Shown in pieces: positions 48,083 to 56,718 of a stretch of 64,000 nt of DNA. Below the pieces are notes generated by a model, which was not told where the DNA came from, searched no databases, and worked only from the letters and a program-made list of their open reading frames with translations. The position numbers and the translations under genes were made by a program. Origin of the DNA: Methanomassiliicoccales archaeon. Its GTDB lineage: Archaea; Thermoplasmatota; Thermoplasmata; Methanomassiliicoccales; UBA472. The stretch's first letter is position 1. Each line of letters begins with the position of its first letter. Location: contig JAPKYJ010000024.1 in assembly GCA_026394375.1 (NCBI GenBank), positions 35,259 to 99,258 on the forward strand, read 5' to 3'.

Positions 48083-48173
48083 AACCATTTCCCTTCCTTT
48101 CCTTATCACAGACCAATCGGGATGCGGTGAGGTTCGGGGCTCAGAGTCCTAATTGGCTCGATGACGAGAAAAA

Positions 48174-48193
48174 TGGACAAGGGGGGATTCGAA
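48174..48193 (-). repeat. Exact copy of tRNA-Ala 3' end (att site 2)
   Basis: TGGACAAGGGGGGATTCGAA identical to 51424-51443. Confidence 0.9.
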
Positions 48194-48448
48194 TATCCTC
48201 CGAGCCAGATGTTCATTTCCTGAAGGGAATCAAAATGGAAATTCGAGTCTAAGGACGGAAAACCCTTTACTTCTTCTTTATTCACTAGACTTCATACTTC
48301 TTGATCCATCTGGCACTCTTCATTCGATGTCTAGCATCAGAATACTAGAGGTACTAGAGCTGATCATCCAGCATTACAACCCATGTCTAGTAGTGAGAAC
48401 TAGACTTGAGAAGGACCGTGAACTGTCGTAATCTAGGGGAGAACATGA

Positions 48449-49326
48449 CAAACGAAGCTGAAATGTGGCGATGTCCGCTTCGTAATCGCCTGCCCCGACC
48501 GGCACGAAAAGCACCTGGTCCACCAGGTCTGCCATCGTCTCCAATGCCCGACCTGCTACCAGGACGCGTCCGGCAGGTCGGCCCATCGCATCGAGGAACG
48601 CCTGAAAGGGTTGCGCAACGCCTACGGGCGGAATGGCGTCCGCCTGGGCAAGCCGAAGCACATTGTTTTCTCGCCGCCCCAGGAGGACTGGCCTGTGGAA
48701 AAGCTGGCCATGGATGGTGGCCGCGGCCTACGCGAGGAGCTCTACCGTCTCCTCCGCGGATACGCCAAGGACCGCGTCTATGGCGGTGCAGCCATCCTCC
48801 ATGATGAACGCCGCAAGCATCTGGACGACACCAATTGCGATACCAGGTGGTGCCGCCGGCGGCATAAGTGGGTGTGGGGGCCGCACATCCACTTCATCGG
48901 CTACGGGTTCTTCGAGAACTCCGCTCTGGTCTACGCCGAGACCGGCTGGGTCTACAAACGAATCGAGGATGACGGCGAACGGGACATCTTCGGCACCGCC
49001 AAGTACCAGCTCACCCACGCCGCCCTGTTCGTGGGTGCCGACGGCGAGCAGGTCGGCACCGCTTACCAGTTCGTCGGTACCATGGCGAACTGCAAGGGGG
49101 TCGGAAGGTGTTGGAGAAGTGGCAGGAGCCAGTGCCCTGCGGCACCTGCAAGAAGGAAATGCATGAGTATGGCGCCTTGGCCGGCGGGGGCGAGCCAGAC
49201 CTGACCGACGACCGTGGCGAGCATCTGGTCTGGCGGGTCGAGGTCGAGTGGTACATCAACGGACGGACCAGGGTGTTCGTTCAGAAGCTGCTCGCTGAGT
49301 GGCTTGAGGACGACGGGGGCGGCTGA
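48449..49326 (+). pseudogene. HUH rolling-circle replication initiator (Rep), frameshifted
   Basis: N-terminal CHRLQCPTC zinc motif, HIVFSPP (motif I), PHIHFIG (HUH), KYQLTHA (Tyr motif); no in-frame start before the zinc motif; frame change at G-run 49096-49100 joins C-terminal CGTC. Confidence 0.7.
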
Positions 49327-49366
49327 TGGGAGAAAGCGCGCCGGCCCGCAAGCTATCCTCTCGCAG

Positions 49367-49464
49367 GGCGGGCCTGCGATCGCTTAGGCAGGCCCGCCGA
49401 GGCCACCTAGAAGGTCTTCTAGAGGGTCTTGTAGAAGGTCTCTAGAAGGTATCCTGGAAGGTCT
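49367..49464. repeat. GC hairpin plus five ~12-bp-period iteron-like repeats (candidate replication origin)
   Basis: GGCGGGCCTGC-N10-GCAGGCCCGCC; TAGAAGGTCT-like units at 49408, 49420, 49432, 49443, 49455. Confidence 0.6.
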
Positions 49465-49519
49465 TGTCGGTCTCGCGCGTAGCGCGTAGGGCCTGAGTTC
49501 GAAAAGGACAAGTGAGTAA

Positions 49520-49771
49520 ATGGCTGTTAAGAGAATCGGTGACTCATTGAAGTCCGAGGAGCGGCGGCGGCGGTATGACTTGACACTAGAATCGATACAG
49601 TTAAAATACATCTTCTGTCCGGCCTGTCACAAATCAATGTTGCGATGCAAGAAATGCCTTAACTGCGGATGGGGTACGGTCACCGTCACGCCGAAGGCGA
49701 CGGAGAGCATTGCGGCCAGCGCTGGCTTCGTCTACCATGTCACTGTTGCCTACACGCTTGCTCAGACCTAG
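49520..49771 (+). CDS. Small Cys-rich (zinc-finger) element protein
   Basis: CPACHKSMLRCKKCLNCG; GTGAG RBS-like sequence before the ATG. Confidence 0.5.
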   Translation: MAVKRIGDSLKSEERRRRYDLTLESIQLKYIFCPACHKSMLRCKKCLNCGWGTVTVTPKATESIAASAGFVYHVTVAYTLAQT

Positions 49772-49851
49772 AGGGCGTGCGCTGAGAGCTGACGGAGTCG
49801 AAAGGACCGGAGGCCAAACCTCTTCCGTTCTTTCTTTGATGGTGACAGGCT

Positions 49852-50064
49852 GTGTGGACCTGGATTGAATGGCTGATGATGATTGGCAGTGGCCTGTTCC
49901 TGGCCGGGGCCTTCGTCGCCGTCGGCGGCAGCTCCGCCCTGTTGCCAGGCGTTGCTCTCATCGCCGGAGGGGTTCTGCTGATCCTGCTCGGAGCGTGGTC
50001 GTTCCGGAAGGCGCGGGAGAGCGGGGGAGAGAACGGGATAGTTTCTGACGGTCATCAGCGATGA
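49852..50064 (+). CDS. Small two-TM membrane protein of the element
   Basis: GGTGA RBS then GTG; two hydrophobic helices. Confidence 0.55.
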   Translation: MWTWIEWLMMIGSGLFLAGAFVAVGGSSALLPGVALIAGGVLLILLGAWSFRKARESGGENGIVSDGHQR

Positions 50065-50189
50065 CACTATAGACAAAAGGGGGTGAAAAACGAAATGACA
50101 GCGGAAGTGAAGAAAGAGGAAGTGAAGAAACCGGAAGTGAAGAAAGAGGAAGTGAGCCGGTGGAAGAGGAAGTGAAAAACGAAATGAAA

Positions 50190-50259
50190 GTAACGAAGGC
50201 TTTGACGCTAAACCCCAGTAATCCGTAACGAAGGCTTTGACGCTAAACCCCAGTAATCC
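50190..50259 (+). repeat. Perfect 35-bp tandem duplication
   Basis: GTAACGAAGGCTTTGACGCTAAACCCCAGTAATCC x2. Confidence 0.9.
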
Positions 50260-50334
50260 TTCCTATGAGTAATAAGAATGAAACGACTGGCTAACCATCA
50301 TATCCGATGGAATAAGTAGTTTAGCGTCAGAGCC
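50233..50334. mobile_element. MITE-like element with 16-bp terminal inverted repeats
   Basis: GGCTTTGACGCTAAAC ... GTTTAGCGTCAGAGCC (15/16); no target-site duplication evident. Confidence 0.6.
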
Positions 50335-50421
50335 AACATTAATTCACCTTTATTTGACAGTCGTTGGCATTTCTTCCTCTACGATCTTTATCTCATCATT
50401 TGTCAGTTGATATAGTTCGTA

Positions 50422-50900
50422 GGCCCTGTTGCAAAAGTCTCAGGACCAGAATTCCTTTCGCATGGTCAGCTGAATTAGATTGAAGAGAGCGAGCTTGACC
50501 CGAACCTCATTTCTTCGACCGTTTTCCGACCGACATCGAAGAGGATATCCGAGCAGCGCTCCAATCATGCTGAAGACCGTCTCGGCATGTGCGCGCTTCG
50601 CGTACAGCGAAGCGAAACGGTTCGGCCAGTGATGCGCGAAGTTGACCAGCTTTTGATAGAAGTTCTTCGGCCGTTCAAAGTCACGAGCGTTCTTCCTGAT
50701 GCCATGGAGCGGCGTAGCTCCATGCTGGCGAGCTGCCAGCAGGCAGTCCTCCCCGTGATAAGCGGAGTCGGCCAGACTCCGCTTCACTTGCACGTTCGAG
50801 GGCAGACCGCTCCACACCTGCCTGAACATCTGGCTGTCGTGCACGTTCGAGCGCGTGAGCTCGAACGATAGAACGATGAACTCATCGACCTCGACACGGA
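50422..50900 (-). pseudogene. IS5-family DDE transposase C-terminal remnant with right terminal inverted repeat
   Basis: ELTRSNVHDS, LADSAY, YAKRAHAETVFSMI, RRNEVRVK...FNL; IR-like GGCCCTGTTGCAAAAG at 50422; N-terminal half absent. Confidence 0.8.
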
Positions 50901-50912
50901 CGACTGGGTCGT

Positions 50913-51242
50913 CTACGTGATCTCCCTGTTATCGGGCTTTTTCAGCTGGGGAAGTTTCCTCAACCTCGCAGGCGACCTTATGCTGAACTGGACATTCGGC
51001 TCAAAGTGGTAAGCCGGTTCGCCGGACATGGGGTTGTTCTCATTGAGGATTCGGTACGCCCTCATGAGCGTAATCCGCATCCTGACCTCGGTTCCGTCGC
51101 TTAGATTGGCGACAATCCATGGGTCGTTCTTCTGCTCCACCAATACCTCAACAGCATCCTTGATGACACCTTTCACAATTAGCTGGATGACGTCCTCAGC
51201 CGGTTCTTGCTGTTTCTCCTGGGGTTTTTCTGCCATAGGCAT
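50913..51242 (-). CDS. Hypothetical protein (element cargo)
   Basis: 109-aa ORF with a non-random protein-like pattern (W..A.LSDGT..R...GEPAY); AT-rich promoter upstream. Confidence 0.6.
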   Translation of the reverse strand: MPMAEKPQEKQQEPAEDVIQLIVKGVIKDAVEVLVEQKNDPWIVANLSDGTEVRMRITLMRAYRILNENNPMSGEPAYHFEPNVQFSIRSPARLRKLPQLKKPDNREIT

Positions 51243-51420
51243 CGTGATATAGAATGGATGTGGCCTAAAAAGGATATCCTTTTAACGCATGATTTCCCCG
51301 CTTCACGCCAACATAGCTGGTTTCTAACAAAGGGAGGGGGGTCTATCACCCCCATCCTTTTGCTTTGCCGTTGAAGATCTCGAGAACGCGGTCGGGCAGT
51401 CTTGGCGTGAGCCAGGAAAA

Positions 51421-51495
51421 TGGTGGACAAGGGGGGATTCGAACCCCCGGCTTCCGCCTTGCGAAGGCGGCGATCTTCCGCTGATCTACTTGCCC
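51421..51495 (-). tRNA. tRNA-Ala (CGC)
   Basis: GGGCAAG...CTTGTCC-ACCA acceptor with G3:U70, CCGCC-TTCGCAA-GGCGG anticodon arm, GTTCGAATC T-loop, encoded CCA. Confidence 0.96.
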
Positions 51496-51589
51496 GTTGG
51501 CGTGGGGAATGAACGAGCGGGATATAACCTTTTGTCCGATTGGCCCTGGCTCTTGCCGTGACTCCAGTGAACCCTATGGAGAGCCATTC

Positions 51590-52945
51590 TTACTTTGTCT
51601 TCAATGAGGAGCGGACCCGCCTCACCACTTTCATGGTCATCTCCGGCGCCTTGCCGAGGTAAGATGCAGGGTCCATGACCTCCTCCAATTCCGCGCGCAT
51701 GAAAAGCTTGGCCACCTTCTTGTCCACTAGGAGCACGTCCATCAGATGAGCGCCCTCCATCTCCGCTTTCAGAGAGGCTTTGCGCACGATGGCATGAGCA
51801 TCCTGCCTTCCGAGGCCCTTACCCACCATGGCGATCATCACCGCCTCGGCCATGATCAGGCCGTTGGCGCTCTCGATGTTCTCCCTCATCTTTCCTTCGT
51901 GCACTTCCAGGCCGGAGAAGACCTCGTCCATCTTGATCAGGATGTCGTCCGTGAGCACGAACAAATGAGGCAGGATGAAACGCTCTGCGCTCGAGTTCGT
52001 GAGATCGCGCTCGTGCCACAGGTTCATATCCTCGATAGCCGGAATGGCGAATCCTCTAGCGATCCTAGCCAAGCCGCAGACGTTCTCCGAGAGCATGGGG
52101 TTGCGCTTCTGCGCCATGGTCGAGCTGCCCACCTGCTTCTCTCTGTCGAAACCCTCGGCCACCTCGTTGATCTCCGAGCGTTGCAGGTTGCGGACCTCGG
52201 TGGCGTATCTTTCGCAGGCTGAAGCGATGAGCGCAAGCAGGCATGCCAGTTCTGCATAACGATCGCGGCACACGATCTGGGTGGCCACCTCCTCCACGCC
52301 CAGGCCGAGCTGCTTCATGACATCGTCCTGCACCTTGAGGAAGTTCCGGCCAAGGGCGGCCCCGGTGCCCACTGCTCCGGACATCTTGCCCACGCACGCC
52401 CGCTTCCTGACCTCCTTCAGACGCTCCTGGAAACGCAGCATCTCCGCCACATAGCCGGCGATCTTGAAGCCGAAGGTCGTGGGGATGGCGAATTGGCCGT
52501 GGGTGCGGGCCACCATGATCGTGTTCTTGTGCCTCTCCGCCAGAGAGGCGAGGGTGAACGTGAACTGGGTCAGATCCCTCTCGATCAACGCCATCGCTCT
52601 TTTGATCTCCAGGGCCATGGCCGTGTCCACTATGTCGTTGGAGGTGGCGCCCAGATGAACATATCGTCCTGCTGGGCCGCTCTTCTCCGTGATGGCTTGG
52701 ACCATGGCCATGACGTCGTGCTTGGTGTCCGCCTCGATCCTCTTCACTCGTTCCAGCGTCACCAGTTTGGAGTGGCAGACCTTGGCGATGGCCTTGGCAT
52801 CTTTCAGAGGGATATCCCCTACCTTCGCAAGAGCGAGCGCCAGAGCTCCCTCCACCTTCAGTTGGGCGCGCAGGCGGCTCTCCTCGCTCAGGATGGCCTT
52901 CATCTCTTCTCGACCATAGCGGAAGTCCAGGGGACAGACGACCAT
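51590..52945 (-). CDS. purB: Adenylosuccinate lyase
   Basis: HLGATSNDI, ARTHGQFA, GKMSGAVG, GSSTMAQKRNP, HERDLTNSSAER. Confidence 0.96.
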   Translation of the reverse strand: MVVCPLDFRYGREEMKAILSEESRLRAQLKVEGALALALAKVGDIPLKDAKAIAKVCHSKLVTLERVKRIEADTKHDVMAMVQAITEKSGPAGRYVHLGATSNDIVDTAMALEIKRAMALIERDLTQFTFTLASLAERHKNTIMVARTHGQFAIPTTFGFKIAGYVAEMLRFQERLKEVRKRACVGKMSGAVGTGAALGRNFLKVQDDVMKQLGLGVEEVATQIVCRDRYAELACLLALIASACERYATEVRNLQRSEINEVAEGFDREKQVGSSTMAQKRNPMLSENVCGLARIARGFAIPAIEDMNLWHERDLTNSSAERFILPHLFVLTDDILIKMDEVFSGLEVHEGKMRENIESANGLIMAEAVMIAMVGKGLGRQDAHAIVRKASLKAEMEGAHLMDVLLVDKKVAKLFMRAELEEVMDPASYLGKAPEMTMKVVRRVRSSLKTK

Positions 52946-53100
52946 AGGTTCACTGCCAAACGAATCAGGCTCTCTCGCCTTAAGTCTATCCTCTTTCCCC
53001 TCGAAGAGGGCGCCAGCACCTTTGCGACAAGGCCAACGGATGATAATGAACGAGAAAGGATTAAGAACAGTGCGGCGTCATATTCTGCCAAGGTAAGCAG

Positions 53101-54702
53101 ATGGTTGATGATTATAGAGGGAGGACACCAGTCGAACTGCTAAACTTCTTCCGTTCGCCTGGCGGGCACTCCCTTCTCATCAAGGGAGACGCCGGCACGG
53201 GAAAGACCACCTTGGCGCTCCAGCTCATAGAGGAGCTAGCAGAGGAGATGCCGGACTACTACATGTCCATGCGAGTCTCGGATGAAGCGCTATACCGTCA
53301 ATTCCCCTGGCTGGAGGAGAAGTCCCGGCGCAACAACGTGCTGCGTATGGGACGGGCGTTCCTCACCCGGACCAAGAAGACGTTCCCTAGGGACGCTCAG
53401 ACGATACAAGACGAGGGCAAGCTACGGGTGGCCAAGGATCTGCTCAAAGTGCTATCCGGACCAGAGGGCAGCAAGACGGTCACACGCACGGAGCTGCTCA
53501 AGCTAGAGGGCCAGATCGAGAGCGGGGAGATAGGCAGAGAGGAAGTAGCCACATTCTCCGCCGAGGTGAGCGAGGAATCCATCGTTTTCGACGTGGGAGC
53601 GATCCTGCCGGAGCTGGAGCTTGCCTACGACCTGGTCGAGGCTAACCTGCCCAAGAGGACGTTCCTAGTAGTGGATAGCATCGACGCGCTGGCTGAGCAT
53701 TATGGCATCGAACGGCAGCGCATAATGAATACCTTGCAGAAGGACCTGGTCGAGCAATCGGGCACGAACATCGCCTACGTCATGGAGACGTCGGAGAAGA
53801 GCCTCTTCGACTATCTGGGCGATGGCTTGGTGCGACTTTACAATGAACAGAGGGGCGGCAGGCGCATCCGGGAGCTGGTACTGGAGAAGCTGCGCGGCCT
53901 ACGGGTGGACCGTTGGAAGTATCCTTTCACACTGCTTGATGGAAGATTGAGGGTGCTAGAGAGCTTGCAGCTGCGGATCCCGGAGGACCTGGAGAAGCAT
54001 CTCCCGGTCAAGGATCCGAACGAGGAGAGCATCTCCACCGGCAACATCAGCATGGATGGCGTCCTTGGAGGCTTGCCTCGAGGCGGAGTGGTCCTGCTGG
54101 AAGTGGGCGAGGACGTCTCGCAGGAGTTCTTGAAGGCCATGGAGCACGTTCTCATCGCCGATCAACTGAGCAAGCGGCGGGGAGTGGTCTGGTTCCCGCT
54201 TTTTGCCATCAACTACGCCGTCCTGGAGAAACAGATGCGGAAGTTGGCCGGGAAGGAGGCACTCTCCAGTGGGCTACGAATCTTGGACGCGGAGGCTGAC
54301 CTGGAGAGCCGCTACGATTTCGTTTCCATGGTGGAGGGGAGCGATGCCACCCAGGACCTCCGCTTCAACACCGTGCGATACGCGCTTTCCTCAGCGCAAG
54401 AGCCCTATCTATCCTTGCTCGGATTCGACTCCCTGCAGGCGACATACGGGATGGATGCGCTGACGGATGTCCTGGTGCACGTGGAGGCGATGAAGCGCAA
54501 CGGTCATGTGGTCGTGATCGAAGCAACATCCTCCTCAGGAGCGCTCAAGCAGCTGGCGCACCAGGCGCAGCTTCACATCCGGTTGGAGAGCCTGGCCGGG
54601 ACGGTGGTTCTGTGCGGGATCAAGCCTTATACGCAGTACTACTACCTGGACTTCGAGCGGAGCACGGGCAAGATCGCACCGGACCTCGTAGCCATGGTAT
54701 GA
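53101..54702 (+). CDS. KaiC/GvpD-like P-loop ATPase with a degenerate second RecA domain
   Basis: GHSLLIKGDAGTGKTT, LVVDSIDAL, DYLGDGLVRL, LEKLRG, PFTL; second domain STGNISMDGVLGGLPRG lacks Walker A. Confidence 0.8.
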   Translation: MVDDYRGRTPVELLNFFRSPGGHSLLIKGDAGTGKTTLALQLIEELAEEMPDYYMSMRVSDEALYRQFPWLEEKSRRNNVLRMGRAFLTRTKKTFPRDAQTIQDEGKLRVAKDLLKVLSGPEGSKTVTRTELLKLEGQIESGEIGREEVATFSAEVSEESIVFDVGAILPELELAYDLVEANLPKRTFLVVDSIDALAEHYGIERQRIMNTLQKDLVEQSGTNIAYVMETSEKSLFDYLGDGLVRLYNEQRGGRRIRELVLEKLRGLRVDRWKYPFTLLDGRLRVLESLQLRIPEDLEKHLPVKDPNEESISTGNISMDGVLGGLPRGGVVLLEVGEDVSQEFLKAMEHVLIADQLSKRRGVVWFPLFAINYAVLEKQMRKLAGKEALSSGLRILDAEADLESRYDFVSMVEGSDATQDLRFNTVRYALSSAQEPYLSLLGFDSLQATYGMDALTDVLVHVEAMKRNGHVVVIEATSSSGALKQLAHQAQLHIRLESLAGTVVLCGIKPYTQYYYLDFERSTGKIAPDLVAMV

Positions 54703-54777
54703 TCAGGACCTGGGTCAAGTATCAGTTTTGATAGTCCGGCGAGAAATGCTTTATCAGTCCACCTCCTAGAAGGGAAC

Positions 54778-55089
54778 ATGCCTGGGGAGCAAGCTCGGCG
54801 GACTGCGGCCAAGCTCTTGGCGGATGACTACGCCGGGCGCATTTTGTCGGCCACGTATAAAAGCCCGAGGTCCATCCAACAGCTGAGCCGTTTGTGCGAC
54901 ATCCCCATCGCCGTGGCGTACCGTCGAGTGGCGCTGATGGAGAGGCTCGGCCTGGTCCGATGCGTGCGGCAGGACGAATCCTACCGGGGGAAGAAGGTGA
55001 AGTACTATTCCTGCGCCGTTCGCTCCCTCGAGCTGTCGTTCAGGAACGGCGAGTTCTCGGTCAGTTTGGACCCGTTGCGACCGGAGTGA
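54778..55089 (+). CDS. Winged HTH (ArsR-like) regulator
   Basis: LLADDYAGRILSAT, IPIAVAYRRV, GKKVKYY. Confidence 0.8.
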   Translation: MPGEQARRTAAKLLADDYAGRILSATYKSPRSIQQLSRLCDIPIAVAYRRVALMERLGLVRCVRQDESYRGKKVKYYSCAVRSLELSFRNGEFSVSLDPLRPE

Positions 55090-55199
55090 GGAGGATTCTC
55101 GGTCATCATGTATCCAGGTGGCCATTGCTAGAGGTTAAGTATTGCGGACGATGATTCTGGACGCAGAGGAGCTCCGAACCCTGACGAGGGGCGGAGGGG

Positions 55200-55595
55200 G
55201 TGATTACCAGGGTCGACCTATTGCGAACATCGCAGCTGCTCACGGACGAGTATTCGGTCAAGATCCTGGTGGCCACCATCCGCATCCCCAAGTGCGCTCA
55301 GGAGATCGCGGACTCGTTCGGCATACCCATCGCCGCCTGCTACCGGCGCATTCGGGACCTGGAGAAGGAAGGGCTGCTAACCTGTACGGAACGGAGGCTC
55401 TCCCGCCAGGGCAAGCGCGTTTCCTACTACATTTCAATGCTCAAATCGGCCTACGTCTTCTTCGAGAACGGCCGTCTGAAGGTCAAGTTCGAGCTCAAGA
55501 CCGGGGGCGCGGACCAGTATGGCACCGACTGGCATGACATCCCGTTGGAGAACAGTGGGAAAGGGAATGAGGATGATCGAGGGAGCAAGGACTGA
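55200..55595 (+). CDS. Winged HTH (ArsR-like) regulator, paralog of the preceding gene
   Basis: LLTDEYSVKILVAT, IPIAACYRRI, GKRVSYY. Confidence 0.8.
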   Translation: MITRVDLLRTSQLLTDEYSVKILVATIRIPKCAQEIADSFGIPIAACYRRIRDLEKEGLLTCTERRLSRQGKRVSYYISMLKSAYVFFENGRLKVKFELKTGGADQYGTDWHDIPLENSGKGNEDDRGSKD

Positions 55596-55717
55596 GCCGT
55601 TCGGCGAGCACCTGGCTTGAACGGCTTCCCACCGCATCCACCCGAAAGGGTTATAAACGGAGGTCATTATGTGGTTGCTGCTTTACTGGTGTCTTATAGG
55701 CGATTGAGCGTGAACTT

Positions 55718-56587
55718 ATGACGGAATTGTTGGAGGAACTAGACCAAAAACGACAATTCAACAACAACGAGGCGGAGAAGCACAGACGACTTCGTGATGA
55801 ATTGAACGAGCAGACGAAGCAGTGGGTACAGAAGCGGGACGAGCTGAACGCCAAAGTGCGTTCATTGGTGGAAGAGGCCGCGAAGAAGCGCGAGACCCGA
55901 GACTCCTTGAACGTGCATGTGCGCCAGGTCAAAGCCGAGCGCGACGTTTGGAACAAGAAGGTCAACGAGCTTAACGACAAGGTGGGAGAGCTCAAGAAGA
56001 CTCAGCTGCCGCGGGAAGGCCCCCCTGTTTCTAAGATGAAGAAGGACCTGAAGGCGCTTGAGTTCCGACAGATGACTTCCACCCTGACGGTGGAGAAGGA
56101 AAGGGAACTGATCGAGGAGATGCAGGACCTTGACAAGCTGATAAAGGAGCGGGAGAAGCAGCTAGAAGCGAATGACTCGATCCGCTCCGTCATCAAGGAG
56201 CTCCGCGAGGCCAAAGAGAAAGCCGAGTCGAACCACCGAGCGGTGGGCGAGCTCGCTGAGAAGGCGCAGACGGAGCATGATGAGATGATCAAGCTCTACG
56301 AGCAGGCGGACGCCATGAGGAAGGAGGCGGACGAGGCTCAGGAGAAGTTCATCGAGACCAAGCTCAAAGCGGACGATGAGCACAAGAGGCACATCGACAG
56401 CATCCGCCAAGTGCATGATTTCGACAAAATCCTCACCGGTCTTAAGCAGAAGGCGCGCAAGGCACGGAAGAGGAAGGAAGAGACGCAGGCCATGAAGGAG
56501 GCTGAGGACATCTTCGACAAGTTCAAGAAGGGAGAGAAGCTCAGCACCGATGACCTCATGTCATTGCAGAGGTCTGGCTACCTATAG
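55718..56587 (+). CDS. Archaeal coiled-coil protein (COG1340-like)
   Basis: RDELN repeats, LEFRQMT, C-terminal FKKGEKLSTDDLMSLQ. Confidence 0.85.
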   Translation: MTELLEELDQKRQFNNNEAEKHRRLRDELNEQTKQWVQKRDELNAKVRSLVEEAAKKRETRDSLNVHVRQVKAERDVWNKKVNELNDKVGELKKTQLPREGPPVSKMKKDLKALEFRQMTSTLTVEKERELIEEMQDLDKLIKEREKQLEANDSIRSVIKELREAKEKAESNHRAVGELAEKAQTEHDEMIKLYEQADAMRKEADEAQEKFIETKLKADDEHKRHIDSIRQVHDFDKILTGLKQKARKARKRKEETQAMKEAEDIFDKFKKGEKLSTDDLMSLQRSGYL

Positions 56588-56718
56588 ACGAAACCCATTA
56601 CCCAAACCCTTTCCGTATCCTGATTTGAACAAATGTTGCCTATTGGCCAGCATTTGTTTTCATTCTTTAAGCTCTTTTTTCGGCAATCTTTAAATAGCTC
56701 AATATAGATAATTGGCTC

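Larger units (their letters stand above)
45431..48173. mobile_element. Older integrated islet (ABC-2 exporter plus GYD protein) bounded by tRNA-Ala 3' copies
   Basis: Lies between att copies at 45431 and 48174; AT-richer flanks; no integrase seen. Confidence 0.6.
48174..51443. mobile_element. Decayed rolling-circle plasmid/provirus-like element integrated at tRNA-Ala
   Basis: 20-bp direct repeats at both ends; HUH Rep remnant, origin-like repeats, small ORFs, IS debris. Confidence 0.75.

Noticed and set aside
49408..50259. Short repeats as a possible CRISPR array
   Set aside because: Repeats are adjacent or have 12-15 bp periods with no unique 30-40 bp spacers, and no cas genes are present
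51250..51423. Integrase N-terminal fragment reading into the tRNA
   Set aside because: The frame matching the att-tail peptide has a stop a few codons upstream, and no tyrosine-recombinase motifs are visible
55718..56587. Phosphoserine phosphatase label often given to this family
   Set aside because: No HAD motifs; the sequence is pure coiled coil
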